A stretch of DNA of 14,550 bases from Candidatus Methylomirabilota bacterium. GTDB taxonomy: Bacteria > Methylomirabilota > Methylomirabilia > Rokubacteriales > CSP1-6. The notes under the pieces were generated by a model, which saw nothing but the letters and a program-made list of their open reading frames with translations, did no database searches and had not been told where the DNA came from. Within the stretch, counting starts at the first letter, position 1, and the number at the start of each line of letters is the position of its first letter. The DNA lies in NCBI GenBank assembly GCA_046726415.1, contig JBKPAK010000225.1:1-14550 (forward strand), in the 5' to 3' direction. A program made the translations under genes and the position numbers. This document shows positions 8,301-14,550 of this stretch, in pieces.

Positions 8301-8656
8301 GGCCACGGGACGAGCCGATGACCGAGACGCGTAAGTAGTTGAAAAGGGTTGGCTCCCCTTCGTGGAGTCATATCGTGCGATAGCGGGCTCGGCAGGACTT
8401 GCGCAAGGCGGGCGCCCGGGACGGCGCTCCGAACTCGTGGGATTTTTCGCTGGCCCTGGATGGTTCCGGGGAGGCGCTGCCCCAAGGTGGGGCGCCAGCG
8501 CCTGCCTGGGTGTCGCAGGTCCGCAGCACGCCGAAGGCGTTGGGGGTATCATGCGGTCCTCGATCCCGAGCGGCAGGTCCTCTGGAACACACGGGCCGGG
8601 CCCGGCGGTACGGGTTCTGATTGGACGGAACCTCCCGGCATGGAACGAGGGTCGCG

Positions 8657-10315
8657 ATGCCAAAGCACTCGGTCCTGATCGTAGGCGGCGGAATCGCTGG
8701 GATGCGGGCGGCCCTGGCGGCGAAGGAACGGGGCACCGACGTCGCGCTGATCTCGAAGGTCCATCCTCTGCGGACCCAGGGCGGCACAAGCCAGGGCGGG
8801 ATCAATGCGGCCGTGCGCGACGGGGACAGCGCCGAGCTTCACGCGGCGGACACGGTCAAAGGCGGTGATTACCTCGCCGACCAGGCGGCCGTCGAGCTCT
8901 TGACCGGCGCGGCGCGCAGCGTGGTCATCGCGCTGGACCACTGGGGGGTGCCGTTCAACCGGAACGCGAACGGCCGTCTCGACGCGAGGCGCCTCGGCGG
9001 AGCCAGCCGCCCGCGCGCATGTTTCGTCGACGACATGACCGGCCACGCCATCCTCCAGGTCCTTCACGAGCAGCTCCTCAAGGCGACGATTCCGACCTAC
9101 GAAGAGTGGACGGTGACGAGCCTCCTCGCCGAGGACGGCGCGTGCGTCGGCGTCGTCGCGCTCGAGCTCGCCACGGGCCGGAGCGACGCCTTCACGGCCA
9201 ATGCCGTGGTGCTCGCGACGGGCGGGTGTGCCCGCGTGTACGAGCCGACCGGAGCGGCCTACGGAGTCACCGGAGATGGCGTGGCGCTGGCGTACCGAGC
9301 GAGCGCTTCCCTGATGAACATGGAGATGGTCCAGTTCCATCCGCTCGGGATCAAGGGAAGCGGGATGATCCTGAGCGAGGCGCTCCTCGGGCTCGGGGGA
9401 TACCTGATCAACACGCGTGGCGAGCGTTTCGTGCTGAAGTCTGCTCCGACGCTCGGCGAGCAAGCGCCGCGTGACGTCGTGGCTCGCGCCGCGGAAGAGG
9501 AGATCGTGAGCGGGCATGCGGAGTTCGTCGCGCTCGACCTCCGCCATCTCGACGGCGACGAATTGAAGCGTCTCGGATTGACCGGTCACATCATCAAGAC
9601 GCAGGCCGGCGTCGATCCGGCCAAGCACACGATTCCCGTACGTCCCGTGGCGCACCGCACGATGGGGGGCGTCCAGGTCACCTCGGACGGCGCCACCGGT
9701 ATGGCGGGGCTCTACGCGACGGGGGGATGCGCGGCCACCGGCGTCCATGGCGCCAACGGGCTCGCGGGCAACTGGCTCCTCGAAGCCCTGGTCTTCGGGG
9801 AGCGAGCCGGTCGGGCGGCAGCCCAGCGAGCGCCGCAGCCCGCAAAAGGGATCGACGCGCAGCTCGAGGACGAACGGCGCCGGATCGCCTCGCTGGTGGA
9901 TCGACCGGCGGGATCCGAGAAGGCGGGAGCCCTCCGGAACGAGCTGGGGCGCCTGATGCGGCGGCACGTCGGCCCCTTGCGGATCGCGTCTGGCCTTCAG
10001 GAGGCGGCGAACCAGATCGGGGAGCTGGCCACGCGATTCCGCAAAGTGGGGATCGCGAACAAGCAACGGCACTATAACTACGAGCTCGTCGCTTTCCTGG
10101 AACTCGAGTCTCTCCTGACCGTCGGCGGCGTGATCGTCGCCACCGCCGGGTTCAGAGAGGAGAGCCGGGGCGCCCACTATCGCCAGGATCGTCCGGAACG
10201 AGACGACGCCCGATGGCTCGCGCACACCGTGGCGTCCTTCCGACCTGATGGCCCCGCGATGACCTCGAAGCCTGTCGGGATCACGCGATGGAAGCCGGAA
10301 GGGAGACGGTACTGA
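8657..10315 (+). CDS. sdhA: SdhA/FrdA-family flavoprotein subunit with a divergent active site (552 aa)
   Basis: Motifs VGGGIAG, QGGINAA, DTVKGGDYLADQ, VVLATGG, MEMVQFHP, APRDVVAR, HRTMGG, VHGAN and REESRGAHYR. ATG at 8657 follows GAGGG. Confidence 0.9.
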   Translation: MPKHSVLIVGGGIAGMRAALAAKERGTDVALISKVHPLRTQGGTSQGGINAAVRDGDSAELHAADTVKGGDYLADQAAVELLTGAARSVVIALDHWGVPFNRNANGRLDARRLGGASRPRACFVDDMTGHAILQVLHEQLLKATIPTYEEWTVTSLLAEDGACVGVVALELATGRSDAFTANAVVLATGGCARVYEPTGAAYGVTGDGVALAYRASASLMNMEMVQFHPLGIKGSGMILSEALLGLGGYLINTRGERFVLKSAPTLGEQAPRDVVARAAEEEIVSGHAEFVALDLRHLDGDELKRLGLTGHIIKTQAGVDPAKHTIPVRPVAHRTMGGVQVTSDGATGMAGLYATGGCAATGVHGANGLAGNWLLEALVFGERAGRAAAQRAPQPAKGIDAQLEDERRRIASLVDRPAGSEKAGALRNELGRLMRRHVGPLRIASGLQEAANQIGELATRFRKVGIANKQRHYNYELVAFLELESLLTVGGVIVATAGFREESRGAHYRQDRPERDDARWLAHTVASFRPDGPAMTSKPVGITRWKPEGRRY

Positions 10316-11277
10316 TGCAGGCGACATTCAAGATCTATCGCTACGACCCTGAAGCGGGCGGCCAACCGACCTTCCAGCCGTACGCGCTCGAGCTACCCGA
10401 GGAGGCGACCGTGCTCGACGGGCTCTTCAAGATCAGGGAAGAGCTGGACGGGACCCTCGCCTTCCGCGCGTCCTGCAACCGCGGGTTCTGTGGCGAGTGC
10501 ACGCTCAGGATCAACCGGGGTGGACGGCTCGCCTGCATGACCAGCGTCGCCGCCGCGAAGACGAAGGACGGCGAGATCACGGTGGAGCCGACACGCCACG
10601 TGCGCGTACTGAAGGATCTCGTCTACGACGTGGACCGTCAGCTGTGGCAGAAAATCCGGGCGGTGGAGCCGTGGCTTCAGCCGACGGACCCCCGGCTGGA
10701 GGGCGAGTATGTGGTCGCTGACGCAGAGCTTCGGCCTGTGCGCAACGCGATGAAGTGCTATTACTGCGGGCTCTGTGACGAAGGGTGCAGCGTGATCCCA
10801 TTCGACAACAGCTTCCTCGGGCCCACTGCGCTCACCAAGGCGTATCGCTTCGTCGCCGATCCCCGCGATGGTGCGCGGGCGCGTCGCCTGCGTGTGGTCG
10901 GCGAGCCGCGAGGGATGTGGGACTGTGTCCACTGCTATGAGGCCGACGAGCACTGCCCGCGGGGAATCGAGCCGACCCAGCGGATCCTCGATCTCCGTGA
11001 GATGGCCGTGGGCGTCGGGATCAAGTCGGGTGCGACGAATCCGCAAGTGGCGCGCCACTACGATAGCTTCGCGGCCTCGGTCAGGAAGAGCGGATGGCTC
11101 GACGAAGGGCGGCTGGCCCTCGAAACCTGGGGGGTCCGACGCATCTTCGATCTCCTTCCCGTCGCCTGGCGTGCGCTCCGGCGAGGGAAGCTGCCGATTC
11201 CCTATCGGCATCCCAAGCGGCGGGGCGCCGAGCGGATCAATCGAATCTTTGAGAAGGTCGAGAGGAGAACGCCATGA
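10315..11277 (+). CDS. sdhB: SdhB/FrdB iron-sulfur subunit with type E-like C-terminal extension (320 aa)
   Basis: Motifs SCNRGFCGEC..RLAC (2Fe-2S), CYYCGLCDEGC and CVHCYEADEHCP. Starts in a TGATG overlap with the sdhA stop. Confidence 0.92.
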   Translation: MQATFKIYRYDPEAGGQPTFQPYALELPEEATVLDGLFKIREELDGTLAFRASCNRGFCGECTLRINRGGRLACMTSVAAAKTKDGEITVEPTRHVRVLKDLVYDVDRQLWQKIRAVEPWLQPTDPRLEGEYVVADAELRPVRNAMKCYYCGLCDEGCSVIPFDNSFLGPTALTKAYRFVADPRDGARARRLRVVGEPRGMWDCVHCYEADEHCPRGIEPTQRILDLREMAVGVGIKSGATNPQVARHYDSFAASVRKSGWLDEGRLALETWGVRRIFDLLPVAWRALRRGKLPIPYRHPKRRGAERINRIFEKVERRTP

Positions 11278-12149
11278 AGGTCGCCTTCTATCCTGGGTGC
11301 GTGTCGCGAGGTGGCTGCCCCGAGCTGTACCCGGCGGCGGTCAAGGTGGCGGCCGAGCTGGGTCTCGAGCTCGAGGAACTGACCGACGTGGGCTGCAACG
11401 GCGCCGGCGTGCTCAGCCGAGAGGTCTGCGACCCCATCAACGCGCGGACCTTCGCGAAGGCCGAGCAGCGAGGACTGTCGACGGTCATGACGATCTGCAG
11501 CACCTGCACCGGAGTGATGGGCCAGGCGAGCATCCGGTTGCGGGAGGACGCCCGCTATCGTGAGCTGATCAATCGAGAGTTCCTGGCCGATGAGGGCCTC
11601 GAGTACCGGGGCACGGTCGCCGTCAAGCACCTGCTCTGGATCCTCCACGAGGACTATGGGCTCGACCGGCTGAAGACGGCCGTGAAGCGCCCGCTCCGAG
11701 GCCTGAAGGTGTCGCCCTTCTACGGCTGCTACATCCGCCGGCCCGACGCGATCATCGAGGGCAAGCCCCAGCGCAAGCAATACCTGGAGCGGACCATCGA
11801 GGCGGTCGGTGCCGAGGTCGTGGATTTCGGCGGCAAGGGCCGATGCTGCGGGTTCCCGATCCTCACGGCGAACGAGACGAACTCGATGGCGATGGTCGCC
11901 GCGCACACCAGCGAGGCGAAGGGCCGGGGCGCCGATTGCATGGTCACGCCGTGTCCCCTCTGTCACCTCAACCTCGACGGCGGCCAGCCCAAGGCCGAGG
12001 CGCAGAAGGGGGAGCCGATCGGCTTGCCGATCCTGCACCTTCCCCAACTCCTCGGACTGGGCTTCGGCTTCAGCCCCGAAGAGCTCCAGCTGAAGCGGCA
12101 CATCGTGCCGACCCGAACCGTCGCCGAAAAGGTGCAGCTCCTCACCTGA
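11274..12149 (+). CDS. HdrB-like / type E SdhE CCG-domain subunit (291 aa)
   Basis: Motifs FYPGC, GCNGAG, TICSTC, FYGC, CCGFP, TPCPLCHLNLD and LPILHLPQLLGL. ATGA overlap with sdhB. Confidence 0.9.
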   Translation: MKVAFYPGCVSRGGCPELYPAAVKVAAELGLELEELTDVGCNGAGVLSREVCDPINARTFAKAEQRGLSTVMTICSTCTGVMGQASIRLREDARYRELINREFLADEGLEYRGTVAVKHLLWILHEDYGLDRLKTAVKRPLRGLKVSPFYGCYIRRPDAIIEGKPQRKQYLERTIEAVGAEVVDFGGKGRCCGFPILTANETNSMAMVAAHTSEAKGRGADCMVTPCPLCHLNLDGGQPKAEAQKGEPIGLPILHLPQLLGLGFGFSPEELQLKRHIVPTRTVAEKVQLLT

Positions 12150-12152
12150 GCG

Positions 12153-13670
12153 ATGGACGTCAAGCTAGGGAGCCACCTGATCCGGCTCTGCACCGGTCTC
12201 TGTTGCCGCTTGGTGGGGGCCACGGATCACCTTCGCACGCTCGAGAATCGCCTGGCCATCACGCACGGGCAGACGACAGTTGATGGCCGGGTCGCGGTGG
12301 AGGAGGCGCGCTGCCTCTCGGTGTGTTCGCTCGCTCCTGTCGTCGAGGTCGACGGCGTCTGCCACGGCCGCGTGACGTCGGCCGCGATCGATCGTCTGCC
12401 GAGGTGGTACCGGACACGGCCGCCGTGGCCGGCGGACGTCGACGCCTCCAACTTCCCCCCGGTTCGGGCCGACGGCGCCACCGCACGAGAGCGTCTCGCC
12501 TGGCTCCGCGCCCAGGCGGAGGCTCGTGCCCGCGCGCGGCCCGAATGGCGATTCCTGGTTCAGGGCGGCTCGTGCGGCGAGGCGCTCGGGGCCGGCGAGA
12601 CGCTCAAGGCGCTTCGGATCCTGGCCGCCATGCGCGGGCTCGACGCCGAGGTGCTCGACGGAGCCTGTCACGGGCTGTGCGCGGCGGGAATCGTGGTGGA
12701 GGTCCAGCGCGCCGGGTGGCCGGCGCTGACCTTCATCCACCTGACGACAGACACGGTTCCCGACTTCCTGTCTGCGGTCGCAGGTGGCACGCCGCCGTTG
12801 ACGCACTTTGCCGGCGTGGCCTGGAACAGCGAGGGCTGGCGAGGCCTTCCTCCAGTGTCGCGTCACCCGTTCTTCGCGAGGCAGCGTCGCGTGATTTTGG
12901 AACGATGCGGTCACGTCAATCCCGTCAGCCTCGACGACGCCCTCCTCCGCGATGGGTACTCCGCGCTCGCACAGGTTCTGGACCACCGGACCGCTGAGGA
13001 CGTCATCGAGGAGGTGCCGGTGTCCACCGGCTTCGTGGTGAGCGGAGCAGACGGGATCCCCGGCCTCTTCACGGATCGCCACCTCATGGAAGGAGACCCA
13101 CACCGCGTGCTCGAGGGCTTGGTGATTGCAGGCCATGCGGCACGAACGAACTTCGGCATCATCCGGATCAACGGCGCGGCGCGGCTCACGCGTGACCGAA
13201 TGGCTCGGGCCAACGCCAAGGCACAGGCCGCCGGGCTGATCGGTGAGCGCATCCTCGGGTCGGAATTCTCCTTCCACGTGGAGATCCGCCAGGAGGCGCG
13301 CGGACCCCTCCTGGACGAAGAGCCCCTTTCGAGCATCGCGGCCCTGGCCGCGCTTCCTCCATTGATCGCCGAGGGCGATCGCGGACGGGCCAGCCCGGGC
13401 GGGAGCCCGACGACACTGTGCGGTGTGTCGGGTCCGGTTGATCGCCCCGGGATCGTGGAAGTCGACGGAGCTGTCACACTGCGTGAGTTGCTTTCCTCGA
13501 TCGCGGGCGCGCCCCGCGATCGAGGCCAATTCAAGTGCGCGCTGGTTGTAGGAGCATCTGGAGTCCCGCTCAGCGCCGAGTCGCTCGACGCTCCGGTGCA
13601 GTCTCTCGCCGCCTTCTCGGCCGGAACCGGTGGCGTCATCGCCTTCCCTGACGATCCGACAGGTTCCTAG
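12153..13670 (+). CDS. NuoE-like 2Fe-2S + second thioredoxin-like Fe-S domain + reduced NuoF/HydB-like domain fusion (505 aa)
   Basis: CTGLCC..CLSVCSLAPVVEVDG (NuoE type) and GSCG..GACHGLC. NuoF/HydB-like stretches FFARQRRVILERCG, DRHLMEGDPHRVLEG, GLIGERILGSEFSFHVEI and SGPVDRPGIVEV. Starts 3 nt after the CCG gene stop. Confidence 0.82.
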   Translation: MDVKLGSHLIRLCTGLCCRLVGATDHLRTLENRLAITHGQTTVDGRVAVEEARCLSVCSLAPVVEVDGVCHGRVTSAAIDRLPRWYRTRPPWPADVDASNFPPVRADGATARERLAWLRAQAEARARARPEWRFLVQGGSCGEALGAGETLKALRILAAMRGLDAEVLDGACHGLCAAGIVVEVQRAGWPALTFIHLTTDTVPDFLSAVAGGTPPLTHFAGVAWNSEGWRGLPPVSRHPFFARQRRVILERCGHVNPVSLDDALLRDGYSALAQVLDHRTAEDVIEEVPVSTGFVVSGADGIPGLFTDRHLMEGDPHRVLEGLVIAGHAARTNFGIIRINGAARLTRDRMARANAKAQAAGLIGERILGSEFSFHVEIRQEARGPLLDEEPLSSIAALAALPPLIAEGDRGRASPGGSPTTLCGVSGPVDRPGIVEVDGAVTLRELLSSIAGAPRDRGQFKCALVVGASGVPLSAESLDAPVQSLAAFSAGTGGVIAFPDDPTGS

Positions 13671-14161
13671 CGAAGCTTCGCCTCAGCCGCCGGTCGAGCC
13701 CTCGACCGCCGCTGGCAGCGTCGGCTCGTCGCCCGTGTCGCGCTCGCCATCCAAGGCGGAGCGGGGCCGCTGCGTTCCTCTTCCGCGACCGGGGCGAGGG
13801 CCAGCGGCCAAGCGTCGCCGACGTGCAGGGGTTCTTCACACTACGGGCTACGCGGGGCCTCGCCCGTGATGGGCACGAAGCTGTCCCTCGGCAAAATCCC
13901 ATCCAGCGGTCACATGGTGGAAGCCTTCGACTACGGACAAAAGTGCGGGCGCCACGATGAGCGGCGACCTCGAGCGAGAGAACCGTCGCCTCTGCGTCCA
14001 GGAGGAGAACGAGTAGCTTGATACCTCACCGGCCGGACCGGAGGTCGCCACGATGGGCAAGTAGCTCGCATGCGTCAGGAAGCACGCGAGCTGCCTGGAG
14101 TCTGCGCCGATTCGGACGTTCAGGGACCACTTGCGCTATAGATCGACCAGTGCACCTGGAA

Positions 14162-14187
14162 TGGTGGCCCCAGGGGGATTCGACCCC
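14162..14187 (-). other. tRNA 3'-end fragment (probably tRNA-Glu), likely an att site
   Basis: Minus strand reads GGGGTCGAATCCCCCTGGGGCCACCA: a near-canonical T-arm, a 3' acceptor strand TGGGGCC, a discriminator A and CCA. No convincing anticodon or D arm upstream. Confidence 0.65.
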
Positions 14188-14276
14188 GTATGGTCCGAAT
14201 ACTCGGCGGAGCGTCACCCGGTACACGGGCCGGGTTGAGGCACGGTACGATCAGCCCATGACGACCGATGTCACCC

Positions 14277-14550
14277 TGTCCCGGTCAATAACCCCATCTG
14301 CTCGTCCTACTTGAACTTCTTCACCGTCTCCACCGCCCATCCGGTAGGGTCTCGACCCAGACGCCATGCCGGATGCCGGGGGGGCCGCGATGGTTCTCGT
14401 GACGGGTTTACCTTCCTTCACGCCGTGTTCTTTGGGTCAGCGGCGATCGCCCTTGAGAACATGGCGCTCCGCCATCAACTGCTCGTCCTTCAGCGATCGG
14501 CCGGCCGACCACGTCTGGCTCAGCGGGACCGGATCTTCTGGGTCTGGCTG
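14277..14550 (+). mobile_element. Left part of a second, diverged IS481-like copy (runs off the window)
   Basis: Left IR TGTCCCGGTCAATAA (14277-14291) matches the first element at 14 of 15 positions and is followed by a homologous transposase N-terminus. Confidence 0.85.
14390..14550 (+). pseudogene. Integrase-core transposase N-terminus, frameshifted near its start, partial
   Basis: MVLV.. / FTFLHAVFFGSAAIALENMALRHQLLVLQRSAGRPRLAQRDRIFWVWL aligns with MILV..WTFLRALLGRSTAVTLENVALRHQLIVLQRSIPRPRLRRQDRILWICL at 6470. The ATG at 14390 is out of frame with the homologous frame. Confidence 0.8.

Noticed and set aside
8389-8403. Sigma54 promoter TCGGCAGGACTTGC upstream of sdhA
   Set aside because: GG to GC spacing is 8 nt rather than the required 10.
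8549-13639. Long minus-strand ORFs opposite the redox operon
   Set aside because: Antisense shadows with no recognisable domains.
13671-14160. Frameshifted NuoF 4Fe-4S domain or small genes (e.g. MSGDLERENRRLCVQEENE) after the operon
   Set aside because: I found no SCGxCxPC motif downstream, and the short ORFs have no supportable homology.
14162-14237. Complete tRNA gene
   Set aside because: Only the 3' 26 nt fit; no proper anticodon or D arm and a poor 5' acceptor strand.
1-14550. CRISPR array or rRNA
   Set aside because: No regularly spaced direct repeats or rRNA-like sequence were seen.

Overview
High-GC bacterial window in which intact genes alternate with mobile-element debris. Left to right it holds: an internal group II intron reverse transcriptase fragment cut right after RYADD by a structured non-coding insert; an orphan LivK-like solute-binding protein with no signal peptide; and a minus-strand operon of PerR/Fur-like regulator, DUF1800, DUF1501 and an NHL beta-propeller, none with export signals. 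Next come a 1283-bp IS481-like element (perfect 15-bp TGT...ACA inverted repeats, triply frameshifted transposase) that truncates an LLM-class oxidoreductase gene, and a possible tyrosine-integrase/att scar. A tightly coupled four-gene redox operon follows, then a tRNA 3'-end fragment and the start of a second, diverged IS copy. The redox operon is the main candidate for an undescribed system. Its SdhA-like flavoprotein lacks the covalent-FAD His and a dicarboxylate-binding Arg, and its SdhB has an atypical third cluster motif. Its HdrB/SdhE-like CCG subunit has an altered first motif. Its NuoE/HydB(NuoF)-derived fusion keeps the 2Fe-2S domains but has lost the FMN/NADH-binding segments and the terminal 4Fe-4S domain by in-frame deletions. 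All family calls come from motif recognition by eye; no searches were run.
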